A stretch of 64,000 nt of DNA from Minutocellus sp. GHC0000111 (GCA_977018835.1 OZ361256.1:5890001-5954000), one strand, 5' to 3'. Positions 50,485 through 64,000 are shown, counted from the stretch's first letter. Translations and numbers: made by a program. The notes: generated by a model from the sequence alone, not told the origin.

Positions 50485-53181
50485 TTAGAAACCGCCCGAC
50501 CCGTTACCGCTGCCTCTTCGATTGAGCATGTCCAGACCAGAGGCCGCAGCTGAGTTGCTACTCGAGTTATCACCGTCGGCAGCAGCATTTGATCCGCCAT
50601 GCAGATTGGCCATAATATTGGCGTTGGCCTGGGCGGCGAGGCTGGAAATGCCGGTGGGAACGCCAGCTCCTCCAGTGAGGTTGGCCGAGGACCAGCCGGC
50701 GTTCCCGCCAAAGAGGAACGAGGCACCGGCGGCGCCAAGGGCACCGGTGCTGGTGCCCGCCATGCTGAGCGGCATATTCCTCAACCGCACATCAAAACTA
50801 TCGTGCTCAGCATTGTGCATAAGGAATCGGGCCAGCTCTTGGGTCGAAGTGGTCGCCATGGGTGGCTGCTGCAGCTGAAGGATGGAGGCAGCAGTGGACG
50901 AGGCGGTGGTAGCGACCGGAGCTGCTGCCGTCGCAGCAGCTGCCACAGCACCGAGGCTCTCGTTGCCGGCGAGGAAACTGGCAATGCCGGGCGTAGTAAT
51001 GAACTGATTGGAGTTGACGGCGGCAGCATTGGCGGCGCCATGGGCACCATGGGAAGTAACAGGAGTGGTGCTGTCCAAATTGCTTACGTCGGAGCTGATT
51101 TGTTGCCACAAATTCAGTAGGTCGGAGTCACCGGACTGCTGAGAGTGAGATTGAATCTGCTGAGCTCGGGCCGCCTGCTGGCGATGGTAGTTGGCCTCCG
51201 TTGACGGCTGCAGAGCCTGAGCAGTCTGAGCATTACTGTGACTGCTGGCGGCATTCAGCTGCATCTGGGCATTGATCTGGTTCTGCAGATCGACCTGCTG
51301 CTGCAGCAACTGCTGAAGGAGCTGTTCGGCATTGTTGTTGGACGCGGAATCCTGCTGCTGCGAGGAGGCTTGGCCACCAAATGCGCCAGTGTTGGTGATC
51401 ATGCTAGTAGTAGAAGAGGCCGGCTGGGCGGCATAGGAAGGATTCTGGGTGGGGAAGAAGTTGGTGGTGGTAGCAGCAGCAGCGGCGGCAGCAGGCTGGC
51501 CCAGATGGTCCTGATGATCCAGAAGATACTTGTTGATTTGGTTGGACGTGATGGCATCATTTGCATTGCCTGTAGAGCTGGACATTTGGTGGACATTTCG
51601 TCCTCCGGCACTGTTGACATTGACATTGGCACTGGCATTGGCGACGGCAGCGACGTAGTCGTCGTCATCGCCGAGGTTGAGCATCTTGCGGGCACGGCGG
51701 ATGCGGCCGCAGAGGTTGTTCTTGTGAAGGATGAGGCTCATTCCTGGTGTACATGTTGGCGAGAAAGAGATTGCAGACGGCAGAGGTAGAGAGAGAGGGA
51801 GAGGAAGGTTGTTGTGAGATCAGCGATACATTGTCCGAAGGACAATACCATATTATGTATACTACGTAGTAGTATAATTCATGCATACAACAAGTAAGTA
51901 CATGTACTCACCATCCTGATCGACAATCTGGTTGGCCGTCTCCCTGAGAGGCGCATTGCTACCACCACTATTACCACCACCAATGCCACCACCATTGCCG
52001 CCCTTCTTGTTCTTCTTGTTCTTCCTGCCTTCCCCTGCACTGTTGAGTGCCCCCACCCCAACGGGCCTGCCAGTAATTTTGCTTCGAAACACAAATCCAC
52101 CCTGAACCAGAGCCTGTTGGAGGGTCAGTCCCGGATTGCTCAATTTGGCAATGACGGCCCGTTCCATGCGGGGATCGGATTTGCGTCCCCGTTGGCTCCG
52201 CTTGGTCTGGAGGAGGATGGCCAGAGCCGAGGGAGATCGGCTGATGGTGGTAGTGTTGGTGTTGGTGGGAATGGAGAAGGAAGGAGAAGAAGAAGACGCC
52301 GGAGCTTGGACCTGGATCGCAGCAGCTGAAGCTGGAGCCGGAGCCGCAGCTGGGGCAGAAACCGCAGCCTCGTTGGTGTTGGTAGTATCGGTAGTACCGG
52401 TGTTGGACGTGGATGTGCCGGGCAGAGGTGGCATCATCTCGACGTCGACATCGTTGTCTTCGACGTCGCCGTTGACGTTGTTGTCACTCCTGGCACTACT
52501 ACTACTAAGGATAGCATTAGTAGCACCAGTGTCCTCGGCTTGAGCTTGGCCTAGACCTTGGCCTTGAGCTTGGCCTTGAGCTTCAACCTGAGGAGAGGCG
52601 GCCGTCGTCATGTTGGTAGTACCAGTGCCTGCACCAGTAGCAATCTGCTCGGCGGCGACGGCCCGACCGAGGAGAGCCTCGAGGTTGGAGATGCTGTGAC
52701 TCCCGACAGGAGTGCTAGTAGAAGCATCGGCAGTAGACTTGAACTTGAACTTGTTGACGGACGTGGACGCAGACTTGGCCGGAGTCCCGGTGACCACAGA
52801 AACAGAATTCTGCTTGAGGGCGTCGAGGCCGGCAGAGTTACTACTAGTAGTAGAGGCCAGGAGACCTCCTCCTCCTAGTCCAACAGCGGCAGAATCAGCA
52901 GCAGTAGCACCCGGACTGATCTTGCCAGAGTGATGGCTATGGCTGGCCGTGTAGTCATACTGCTGGTAGCTGCTAGTAGTGGGGTACTCCTGGTTGTGAT
53001 TGTTGCTGCTTCCGGCAGCAATTCCGATACCGCCGGCCGACACCGATACCGATACGTTGCTGTTGCTGGCGTTGCTGCCCAAGCTGAGGTGACCGCCAGA
53101 ATTATTGCCGCTGATGCTCGAGGCCAAGGAGTGGTGCGAATTCTGAGAGGCGCGGCGGTGGTTGAGGAACTGGTCGTTCAT
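50485..53181 (-). CDS. Low-complexity S/Q/A-rich protein with a small conserved basic domain, putative transcription regulator; intron 51911-51744
   Basis: RGRKSDPRMERAVIAKLSNPGLTLQQALVQGGFVF...VDQD|GMSLILHKNNLCGRIRRARK joined in frame across a GTGAGT...CCAG intron. The 5' end is uncertain. Confidence 0.65.
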
Positions 53182-54671
53182 TACAAGTGTTTCTTCAATG
53201 GACTGATGGGCTGATAGATGGATGGGCTGATAGATGGAATAAATGGACTGACGGTCAGGAAGAAAGAAACAAGGCGGACAACGAGAAAGCAAGCGAGCAA
53301 GCACAGATCAGAATTAATTTGGTGGATGGAGGCAGATGGAAAGTAACAATATATTTCTACGTAGCTACCACAAAGTATATTTGCAACGCAAAACACAAAA
53401 CACCATCGACGATACGAGAAAGCAACGGCATGTGGCATTAGGCATTAGGCATTACAACAGCAGCGTGATTCCAAGATTGATTCCCTTTTTTCAAACTGAC
53501 TGATGCGGACAGACAATGAGAAGACAACTTACCAACTGAAAGATCGATCGTTCCGATTGGCTGGAATTGTTGTACGGTAGTGTATAGTTTGCGCAGTTAA
53601 TTAGCCTCCTGGGTGTCGGTCGATGGTCGATGTCGAATTCAATGTCGAATCGAAGTCGCAGGCTTGGTTTGGTTCCTTCCGTTCCAGCAGAGGGAAAAAT
53701 AAGCAAATTACACGTAAATGGTTTGCAATAACAGACAGGCCAAGAAAGATAAAGTGAACTGCCGAACGAGAGGCTGCTGCTGCCTCGCGGTCGCACTGAT
53801 ATTGTGTATTGGTGTGTGCGGCCACCGTGGGAGCAGCTGGAAGATGTGATCAAAACACTGTCCGACATGATTGGCCGCATGGAGGCCGCACCTGGCAGAA
53901 CGGGGCGGTACCGGCTCAACACGGCGAGGCACAGAATTTTGCCTTTCCGTTTTTGCCAAATCGGCCCCACTAAACCTTCAACTTGAAGTGAGAAAGACTT
54001 TTTCGACTCCAACGTTTCTGTAACTTGAAGCGATGCATGACGAGTGAGACTTTTTCGCTCATTCCAAAGAACTCCACAACACATGTTTTTCCGCCTAAGG
54101 GGATAAATGTTTTTGGTAGGCTCGCACGTCATGTCGTCATGATACTCGACTGATTTCTGACCTCGGAGGAATCAACTGACGACCATCTCACAAATATGGC
54201 ACTGAATGGATCCTGAGTCTTTTCTATCGTTCAAAACAGAAACTTGAGGGCGATTTCTCGCTTCACTCTGGAAACAGGCTTTGTTCCCACCAGGCCTTAC
54301 TAGCTAGTACCCCTTTCAGGCAGCCTACTACTACAAAATTCAGGCCAGAAACAGGCCCAAAAAGAGCCGGTGTGGTTTGTGCCTTGCTTTGTAGCCTAGA
54401 TTTATTTTACTCAGTCGATTCAATCAATGCTTCAAATGTATGGTAAACACTAGTTGCATTCATAGTAGGAATTCCTCTAGTGGATGTATCATTTTCATAC
54501 CGTGCTGACTTGCTTTTTTTACCGGTAATTACTCATTCGACGAAGCAAGTCAAACCAACCCAAGACCCAAGACAGGAAGACGAGAAGATGAATGAATAGA
54601 AATACGCAAAGGTGAAATGCGATTGGGAGTCAATTAAAATTAGTACTTGGCTGACTGATTAATCGTCCCGT

Positions 54672-55362
54672 TTGCGTTGGTCGGACGTTGCTTGCCTTTT
54701 GCTACACATGTGGACGCCAGGTCAAGGCAAGGGGAATTTTACATCCGTTACGCTTCATCACGACAAGTTCTTGTTTGCTGTGCGCGGGAGAACAATTTCG
54801 ATCTATGATACTTCGTTAACGTGTGAAGACAGGCCAATCGCAACTGGAAAGCTCGACCCAAATTCAGAAAAGCCAGAGAGGTTACTTGTGTTTGGAGGTC
54901 GGATATGGCTTGTCTGCCCATCCTATGTCATTTGCACGCCAAAGGGAATCCTACAGAGCCTCAACAAGCTATCGTTGAACAGTGGTAGCGGTCGAGGACA
55001 CACATTCGCCGTCGATACCGACCATACGTTTCATCTTGCGCCCTCTGATTACCGGTGCACCTTTAAACACGGCAACGATCTTTTGTTTGTGGGAGATTAG
55101 GGTGTTTGATCGTCAAGATGTATCGAGGCCCTTTGTCTTCTCTGCAGCTTCTTCCGTCACATCAATGTTTGCTGATAAGACCAAATTGGTATGTGCAACG
55201 AAGCATCCCAATAAACGTTCGGGACGAGTAGAAATATTCCATTTCGATGTATTTTCCAAGACAATGTTTGCCTCGATTGTAGTGAAGAAGACATTTCAGA
55301 GTCAACACGGAATGCATGATCCGCAATTGAATGAATTTTGCCATTGCTTATTCCTACTATGA
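54672..55362 (+). pseudogene. Possible degraded beta-propeller (WD40-like) gene fragment
   Basis: Overlapping ORFs with beta-strand-like blocks (FTSVTLHHDKFLFAVRGRTISIYD; SVTSMFADKTKLVCAT); no clean start. Confidence 0.25.
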
Positions 55363-55553
55363 CGAGCGAGCGTCGGTGGTTACAAGCAAATCATTGACGT
55401 CGACTTCTACTGTGGGAGGAGAAGTACAGGTCTTTGATTTGCTTCGGTTGGAGGGGAAGTAAGTAGGTACACGTATTGTAGTGTCTGATATGGGCGCGCA
55501 AATGAATTCTTGTCTTTACATTGTACATGTACTGTATTCGCTGCAACCTAGAG

Positions 55554-56570
55554 CTAAAGACACAGACAACAGCAACACGAGTAGTAGCAGCAGTTGGGAC
55601 ACGGTTCCTTGGTATTCCGGCCCTTGAGCACAATCCGAAAGAGAGGCCTGCACAGACATGCCGCACAGTCATGACAGGTACCAAACGCCCGGAGATAATC
55701 CGCCACTATGCTCTTGAGTTCATTGCCATCGAACGAATTGCCATGTCCCGGAAATACTCGTGTCACTTTGTCGCTGTTGGCCAACGTGGATATAATTTCC
55801 ATGGACTTGATGTTGTCGGATACGCTCGAATAGGGCAGATAGTCCAACATGGGACCTTGGTAGATCACATCGCCGCTAAAGAATATGCCATTGTCTTCAT
55901 CGAACAGCCCGACACTTCCCCGTGAATGGCCTGGCAGATGAATCACTTTGAACTTGCGATTTCCCAAATCGATCACATCGCCGTCGGTGAGTATCCTCGT
56001 TGGTTTGACTGGATGCAATTTGTAATCCTTGGGCTTCCAATTGGCACTGGGCGGTTTGCCGCATTCGCACCGGCTCATGAAGCAGCATGCCTCGTAGCTG
56101 TCACCGCTTTCAAGAGCATTTGCTTCGGCGGTGTGGATTGCCACCTCCTCGAATTGATGCAGACCACCGGAATGATCAAAGTGCACGTGCGCCGCGATAG
56201 CCAAGTGTGGTTTACTGTTGGTTTTGCTAATGCTGATGCTGCCCTGTTGGTGGTTGGCGTCGCCATCGGCACCGCTAGATCTACATTGACATGTTGTATC
56301 GATCAAATTCTTTCGACGCAAAAACGACGGCAAATCCCAAAGACCGATGCCGGTGTCGACAATGAGATCTTTCCTTGTTCCATGGACGACGTATATGTTG
56401 GCGACGTTCCAGGAATTGTAGTACCGTTCACGAATTTGCGTTATGCCATGATGAGGGAATTCTTTGAAGATGACAAAGTCATGGTCGTAGTTGTTGGGGC
56501 CGGGGCTGAGGGGATCTTTTTTATTTTCGTTGGCAGAGGTGCTGGCGGTAGCGGCGGCTGATGTGCTCAT
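55554..56570 (-). CDS. MBLAC2: Metallo-beta-lactamase-fold hydrolase, MBLAC2-like
   Basis: LIVDTGIG, HVHFDHSGGLHQF, HLPGHSRGS, FSGDVIY and PGHG motifs; Cys-rich C-terminus. Confidence 0.82.
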   Translation of the reverse strand: MSTSAAATASTSANENKKDPLSPGPNNYDHDFVIFKEFPHHGITQIRERYYNSWNVANIYVVHGTRKDLIVDTGIGLWDLPSFLRRKNLIDTTCQCRSSGADGDANHQQGSISISKTNSKPHLAIAAHVHFDHSGGLHQFEEVAIHTAEANALESGDSYEACCFMSRCECGKPPSANWKPKDYKLHPVKPTRILTDGDVIDLGNRKFKVIHLPGHSRGSVGLFDEDNGIFFSGDVIYQGPMLDYLPYSSVSDNIKSMEIISTLANSDKVTRVFPGHGNSFDGNELKSIVADYLRAFGTCHDCAACLCRPLFRIVLKGRNTKEPCPNCCYYSCCCCLCL

Positions 56571-57452
56571 TTGATATCAGCCAAAACCACAAAGCTATGT
56601 AGCTAGCAAGCGCAAAAGCCAAAGGCCGAAAATAGAGGGTGTCGCTCGTCGATATATATGCTAAGGTGGAATTCTCTGCCAGAGTACAGGCACGGCGTAG
56701 TGCGTAGTGCGCTTCGTTGCTTGTTGCTCCCTTCCTCCCCCGGGCGGGCAAGCAAATCCGCTACTGACTGCCGCGCTACACTGTACCGTACAAAGAAATA
56801 ATAGAGGGGCTCATTCAAATTTCCTCCTTTCGGGGCTGTTAGTGCTAGTACCCCCTCATTCTCCACGTGCCATAATCCGTCGGTGGTGTGTGTAGAATTA
56901 GTACTGGTTTCTATGCCGGTGGGGGCCGTCGTCATTGCGTCTTGACTTGCGTTGCTTGCGATGATGCCAGCTGGCGCGCATGCTTGCTTGCTCGCTTGCT
57001 CGCTTGGACTGCTGGCTGGCCGAACGACTGAGTGACTGACTGCACATCTACATACATACATGTTCTCCCCGTTGCGGTATCTTGTCTGCTTCTCTCGCTC
57101 TGTACTACTAGTAACAGCAGAGAGGGGATCATCGGCAGATACTGCACGCTTCATCAGTTTGTTGTTCATTTAATTTGCAAGTCCCGGGCGGCATCCAGTA
57201 ACAATTATTTTGGCGGCCGGGGCCGGGGTGTACAAGTAATATCTTGACTTTGGCGCTTACTAGACTAGTAGCTGCTCGGCCGTTGATTGTTGCTTGATTG
57301 TTTGCGAGTTGTTGTTAGCAAGTTGAGTTGAGTTGCCCCACACAAAACAAAAAAATCAATAAGCAATATCCATCCATCGAAACGAACGACCATTGAAGGG
57401 AAGGAAGCAGGCAGAGGCAGGCAACAGTGACAATACAACAGTCGAGAGAGAG

Positions 57453-60400
57453 ATGCAGGGCGGCGGCGGTTATTACGGCGCTGGACCTGGTGGACAAGGC
57501 GGTGGTTATCCTTTTCCGTCAACTCCCTCGGCTGCTGCTGGCAGTGGAGCCGCTCCTCCGAGGGCTCCCTCTCCCTTCAATAATGCCCCGCCCGCTGCTG
57601 GCGCTGCTGCTGCCGCTGGCGGTCCTCCTCCTCCTCCGATGATGACGGGCGGCGGTTATTACGGCGGTGCTGGTCAGCAGCAGCCAATGCAGCCACAAAT
57701 GCAAGTGCAGCCTCCGACGCCCTCGGCTCATGGCCATGCTGCTGCTCAATACGCTGAATATGGCGGCCATCATGGACATGGCCATGGACAGAGGCCGCCT
57801 TCTCCTGCCGGCGGCATGACGATGTATGGACAGCAAATGCAACAGCAACAGCAAATGCCTCCTCCTGCGACACCTGCGGCACACGCGGCATTTGGTCAGC
57901 AGCCTCCGACGCCAGTCAACAATACTTACAACAACAGCAATACTTCTGCTGCTGGCGGTGCAGCCATTGCTGCTGGCGGTGGAGGTCCTCCTCCCAGAGC
58001 CCCGTCTCCGTTCCGTCCTCAGCCGACTGCGACAGTAGGACAACAACCACCAATGGAACGACGGCTATCAACAGCCTCTTCGGCGGGAAGTGCCGCCGAA
58101 TTGTTTGCCTCGGCCGGGCCTGCCAATGTGCCCTCTCATCAGCAGGGACCAACCACGCAAACGCAAACACAAGCCCAAATCCACCACGTACCGTCCCACG
58201 CCTCGTACGCCTCCTCCCAAGGATCCTTTGACCAACACGATCACCACGACAGCGCCATGGGACCGGGTCTCACCGCCGCCGCCTCTCTGTTCTCGTCGGG
58301 CATCACCTCCGCCGCCAGTGGGGCCGCCACGTTGTTTGGTTCCGCCCAAAAGAAGGTGGCGACGGTTACGGCGACGACTTCGGCAGGAAATATCAATATC
58401 AATGCCAGTAGAGTGGGCAATGTCGTGCAAAGTGTCAAGAGTGCCGGTGCCGCCATAACAAGCAATGTCACCGAAAAGGGCGTCAGTGGATCCATATTGG
58501 GAATGGTCGAAAAGGCCGGGATGGCACCACCGCCAGTTCCAGTGCCGGTTGCGCAAGGTGGAGGAGCTGCTACAGTGGACGCTGCTACTATGCCAGCGGC
58601 AGCAGCGGGGCAGCAGGGCGAGCTTCTGGTGGAGGATCTTGGCGATTCGTACGACGATGACGAGGATGCCAACGGTGATGATGGAAATGCAAATGGTGCA
58701 AATTGTGCACTGCAAGAAGGGTGGGAGGAGATTATCGATAAAACCAGCGGACAGCCCTACTATTACAACTCGACGACGGGCGAGACAAGTTGGGACAGGC
58801 CGGTGGTGGTGACTACGACGACGATGGTGGTGGAAGATACTCCTGTTGAAGCGGCTCCTGTTGATGTGGCTCCTGTGGCAGTTGCTGCTGCGGAGCCCGA
58901 GCAAGCACCTGCGCCACTAGAGGAGGTTGCTCCGGTTGCTGCTCCGGTTGCTGAAATTGCTCCTCAGCCTGAACCAGAACCAATCGCAGAGCCTGCTGCT
59001 GCCCCTTCTGTTGCCGATGCCCCGATTGGCGAAGAGCGTCTGCAGGACGGGTGGGAGGAGATTATGGACGAAGCCAACGGTATGCCGTACTACTACAACT
59101 CTGCCACCGGGGAGACCACGTGGGACCGACCGGTGGCGCCTCCTACTGCTACCGCTGCACCTTTTACTGCTGCCGCGGAAGAGCCAGCACATGTAGTGGA
59201 ACAGACGGCGGAACCGGAACCGGTGCCCGAGCCTGTACCGGCAGAAGCTATTGCTGGTGGTCCACCAATGGCCGCCCCTGGCATTGTCGCTGCCCCGCCG
59301 TCGACGGCACCTACCGAGCTGGAATTTCCTCCTCAACCGGCATCGTCGTCGGAAGTCGTGGCGGGAGGGGTAGCATCATCTTCTCAGGAGGCACCGACCG
59401 TCACGCTGCTGCCTGCCGAGACCGAGTCGGAGATTGGTGGTGGTGAGGCTGTGCCTGAACCCGAACCGGTGGAAACTGCGGTGGAGGATGACGCACCAGC
59501 GTCTGTGGCCGCGCTTGCCCCAGGATGGGAAGAGCTTTACGATGAGGGCAGCGGGCAGCCGTACTACTACAATTCGACAACTGGAGAGACCAGTTGGGAG
59601 AAGCCCGTTGTTGACGAAGCCGCTGCTGTCGGTGATGTGGCTCCTCCTCCTATCGCGACTGAAGAGGAGGATATACCGACTCATGACACGGCAGCTCCGT
59701 CCACCGTCGAAGAATCTGCGCCTCCTGCACTTGATGTTCCGGCGTCGGTAGAAGAGATTGCCGATGTCCAAGCCCCAATCGAAGCGGAACCAGAGGTGGC
59801 TGTGGCGGAAGAGATGCCAGAACCTACTCCGGTGGCTGAACCGGTGACGGAACCCGCTGCGTTGGATCTACCGGAGGGGTGGCAGGCGTTCACTGATCCT
59901 GGTGGCCAAACGTATTATTACAATCAGAGCACCGGTGAGACGAGCTGGGACAAGCCTGCAATAGCCGAGGCGGTTCCAGAACAAGCTGCAGTTGACATCG
60001 CTGCTGAAGCGCCGCCGCTGGAAGCCTCTGTGGAACCGGCACTTGATGAACCTGCACCTACGACGCAAGCTGAGCCTGAACCAGCACAAGTACCCGAGCC
60101 GGAGCCCGTTGAACCAACAATGGTGCCATCGACCCCGGCTCCCGCTCAGCAACAGTTACCACCAGCAGCTGCAGCCTTTTCGGCTCCACCAAAGCAGAGC
60201 GTGGAGGTCGCATCCACTCCGTCTCAGGAGGGTCAACCTGGTCCGGCAGAGCATTCCCGCCAGGTTCAGAGTGCCGCCCGGCCTCCAATCTCTTCCACAA
60301 CGGCCCGGGCGCGACTCAATCTGCCTTTGCCATCGAAGAGGACCCTCAATGTCCCGAGCCGCACTCCCCGGCAGCCTGGTCAAGGCGTAGCTCCATCGAC

Positions 60401-63400
60401 AGGAGCAAGCTCTACTAGAAGAAGATTCCGTCTACCACCCCCGTCGATCAAATCGACACCGACTCCATCTCAGGAGGAAAACATCACCGTCGTCCCTACG
60501 CCGAAGGAGGCGGTTGAGCCTCTGCCTACAAAGACGCCGCACAACACACCAGCCTTTGACGTCGATTACATCGAAGATACCGGAGAAGGTCCATCCTTGG
60601 AGCTTCCGGGATCATCGGCGTCGGCACCTGATGCTTCGGGCACCGAGGCACCTGCTGCAGCACCCACGGCACCCATCCCAACTCCGGCCTTGCCGCCTCG
60701 TGGGCCAATCGTGCCATCGATGACGCCTGCGGCCGGAGCTCAACCAGAGTCGACGGTCGAGGCCGCCGCAGCGGCATTGTCGCAGCCTTTCAAGATCGAG
60801 AAGAAGCTGAGCTTTTCGTCGGCAACGGCGCAGGAGGAGCATGCCGCCCAGGTCGGACTTGGCCCCGATGAGGTGGAAGAAGATGAGGAAGAGGAAGATG
60901 ATATTGTTGCTGTCGATAAATCTGCTCAACCACCACAGGAAGGCACCGAGGCATTTGTAGCTGGCGTTGTTGCAAGTGAAATTGTGGATGAAGCCATTGA
61001 CCGCGTGATTGATACCCCCGCGGCAGCTACAGGTGAGGCGGAAGATACTGTCGGTGGTGCGGGTGGTGGCGTGCCGGAAGCAACAGGTGCTGCGCCAACA
61101 CTCCCGGTTGGCTGGCAAGAGCTTACAGATCCCAGCAGTGGACAGCTTTACTTTTACAATTCAGAGACGGGCGCGACGAGTTGGGATCGGCCGCCAGCCG
61201 TTGCCGACGCTCCTGCAGTTGAGGAGGATGAGGCCACTACTCCTGCGGTTGAGGAGAGTGGCGATGCTACCGATGCTGTCCAACAACAAGAACCACCACC
61301 GCAGACCGAGGCTTCGGAAGAGACTGTTGGGAGTGGAAGTAGCTGGGAGGTCGTCGACGGCGGCGCCGACCCCAAGGAAGCCGAAATTAAGCCGTCGGAA
61401 GATGATGGAGTACCTCTCGAGAACAACAGTGACGATGGTTGGGCAGCTGCCAACCCAGAAGCAGAGGGCGCCACTGAAAACGCCGGCGAAGGCGCTGCTT
61501 CCTCCGGACCCACGGAGCAAAGCGAGCTTCCAAGCGGATGGATTCAAGTTATTGATGAAACATCTGGCGATCCTTACGTAAGTTCATCTCTTGCGATTTG
61601 CTATCTCTCTAAATATCTTCTTTGGCTTTCCATCTTTCCAGCTCAATCCCTAATCCTTTCTTTCTTACCTGTTCACCGTGACACAGTATTTCAATGAGGA
61701 CACAGGAGAGTCGTCATGGGAAAAGCCGTCCATCGATACCGATGACTCCCCTGCGGAGCCCGGGTCCGATGAGCCTGTCCCCGAGGCTGCTGCTGTGGCA
61801 CCGGCGACCACCGAAGAAACAGCTCCGACTGCTGACGAGGCTGAGGTCATCGTCGGCGATGATTCTGAACTTCCCGAGGGGTGGTCGGAACAAACAACGG
61901 AAGATGGTGAACGGTACTACTTTAACGAACATACTGGAGAGTCTTCGTGGCAGAGGCCACCATCGAACCCGAAAGATAATGTTGCGGCAGTCGATGCCAG
62001 CATCTCTGTATCCGAAACGGAATATGAATTAGCTCCGACAAGTGATGAGGGATGGCAGACAGTCAAAGAAGCCCCCGTGCTAGAGAGTGCTCCAGATGAT
62101 GCCGAGACAGAAAGCCTCCGAGCGCTCTTGACTAAGCAAGACATTGGCTCGTCGCCACCGCCTTCCGTTTCTGAGCTGGATGGGATGATGCCGGTGTCAA
62201 TGAGTCAAAATGCAGACACTGAAACAAACGAAGAAGAAAATGACGAGTCTCGGCCTGAGCCTGAGCCTGCTCAAGATACTGGGGAGCTCCCTCCGGGATG
62301 GCTCGAGTGCACGGACCCAGAAGGAAATACCTACTATTTTAATGACTTGACGGGCGCATCCAGTTGGGAGCGACCTCAAGGCGGCACCACTGGTGATGCG
62401 CCTGAACCCGCCGAAACGGAATCTGCCGTCGATGAGGCTGAAACAGAAAGTTTACGCGCCCTGTCGGCCAAGAGAGATGTTGGCTCTTCTCCTCCTCCGT
62501 CTGTATCTGAGCTCGACGGAATGGTTGAAGTTCCCCCCACCGAAGGAGAAGAGTTGGCAGTTGAGAACGAAACCTCAGCACCTGTCGATGCCGATGCCAT
62601 CAACCCCGAACCGGCTGAGGCTGAAGTGCCAGGCAAGGAGGAAGTAGCCCCACTGCCCGAGCCTTGGGTCGAGCTAATGACTGATGCGGGAGAACCATAT
62701 GTAAGTCAAGTGTTCCTGTGTGTCTTTGCGTCGTTTGGTCGAAGCTTTCTATTCAATGCTCCTCCCACTAACCTATTGCTTTCTTCGCATCTCCTTTCGC
62801 CAATCCGTAGTATTACAACCAAGAGGATGGTACAACATCGTGGGAGCGACCACAGGCTCCTCTCGAGAGCGCAGTTGGCGCTGGTGACGACATTGGCGGT
62901 GCTGCTCAGGAAACAACAGGGGCTACTGGCGACGACACTGCTGCCGAGCCGAACCCTACTAGTATGGATGTGTCCAGTGAGGCTGAGCAGCGTCCTCAGA
63001 CCCTCCCAGAGAATTGGACGGAGGAAACAACCGATGCTGGAGAGGTATATTATTACAACACTGAAACGGGCGCAACACAGTGGGATCGCCCCGTCTCAGA
63101 AGACGCTACAGTCGAAGATTCGCAAATTGGAGGCGCTCAGTCCACTGACGAATTTGTCCACGTTGAGAAGGAGCCCGAAATGAGCGAGGATGGTGCACCT
63201 TCAGCCGCCGCTAATACGGCCGGTGACTCTGATGAACTTCCCGCTCCATGGGAAATGCTCTACACTCCAGAGGGAGAAGCCTACTATTTTAATCAGGAGT
63301 CCGGTGAAACGAGTTGGGAGAAACCTTTGGCTCCGTCAGCTCCGTCGGGACCGGTCGATTATCGCACATCTGCTGCGTCCGCAGCAGCAGCGGCGGCGGC

Positions 63401-64000
63401 GGCGGCCTCGACATCCAACGCAGCATCCTCTCAAGTGGAACTTCGTCCAAGACCAGCGCATGCCATTGCTTCCTTCGGATTTGGTGGTAAACTTTCTGTT
63501 ATGTACCCTCAGCAAGCGACCTCGCTCATGTCAACGCCCGCGGGCGGAGGATCTGTCGGTCTCCGTCGAGGACCCGTCGTCATCCACACCCTCAAGGACA
63601 TCCTCGATGCATCGGACGCCGCTCTCTCTGGCGATCCCTCCTCTACTAATGACCAATTCCAACCGATGATTACCATGAACGAGGCCGATGCCTTCCAAAG
63701 AATTGAAGAGAAGGCTTCGTCGGAGAACGCCAGTCTTTTGTGGAATTTGATTCTAATCGCTTCGAAATGGAATGGTCGTCTAAGGAGTATCAACGGTCCC
63801 AACGACCCGAATTCTCCCGAGGCTGCCATCGTCCAACTCCTTCTTGACTCGGACAAAAAGACCTCGTCGAACGACAAGGACCAGCAGCCCGCGTACGCGA
63901 TGCCCTCTCCAATGAAGGTTGGTGCTGATGGTGTTGATACACCGAGCGTACAACAAGGAGGCGTCGTAGCCGATCTTGAGGATATTCAGAACCACCTCAT
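57453..64000 (+). CDS. SEC16: COPII scaffold Sec16-like protein with 11 N-terminal WW domains (continues beyond the window); introns 61578-61686 and 62701-62810
   Basis: Eleven LP.GW....D..G..YY(Y/F)N..TGE(T/S)SW(D/E)(R/K)P domains in Pro/Ala/Glu-rich linkers, then RPAHAIASFGFGGKL...GPVVIH...LLWNLILIASKWNGRL, the start of the Sec16 conserved region. Confidence 0.8.

Noticed and set aside
53440..54670. 213-aa minus-strand ORF and neighbours in the long intergenic region
   Set aside because: No coding-like composition or motifs; probably promoter or UTR of the upstream regulator gene.

Overview
Eukaryotic, intron-containing, gene-dense DNA that reads as a diatom (stramenopile) nuclear chromosome. 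The evidence is a mitochondrial TPI-GAPDH fusion head-to-head with a cytosolic GAPDH, bipartite plastid signals on a sigma factor and a PPR-Smr protein, and RRL motifs in secretory proteins. About 22 host genes are visible: six predicted Golgi glycan-modifying enzymes, two ankyrin-like proteins, two Cys-rich secreted paralogs, NSE2, an MBLAC2-like hydrolase and a Sec16 carrying 11 WW domains. The most unusual items are: (1) a TTAA-flanked Kolobok-type transposon (4581-8815) nested in a MITE, whose second ORF seems to fuse an RPA70N-like OB fold to a KolX/P2X7-ballast-like domain; (2) a 3.6-kb foldback (42770-46416) made of two inverted 5' portions of a RAG1/Transib-like transposon, with a perfect 30-bp palindrome at the inner junction, resembling a Mu-killer-type hairpin locus; (3) a probably plastid-targeted ~1150-aa protein built from ~20 'helix-DPT-helix-xPDD' units; (4) strong homogenisation between the two inverted GAPDH copies; (5) an in-frame TGA at a Cys-like position in an SGNH-type gene. 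Several genes carry single-base frameshifts in homopolymer runs, probably consensus errors. All family assignments come from motif recognition by eye; no database search was run.
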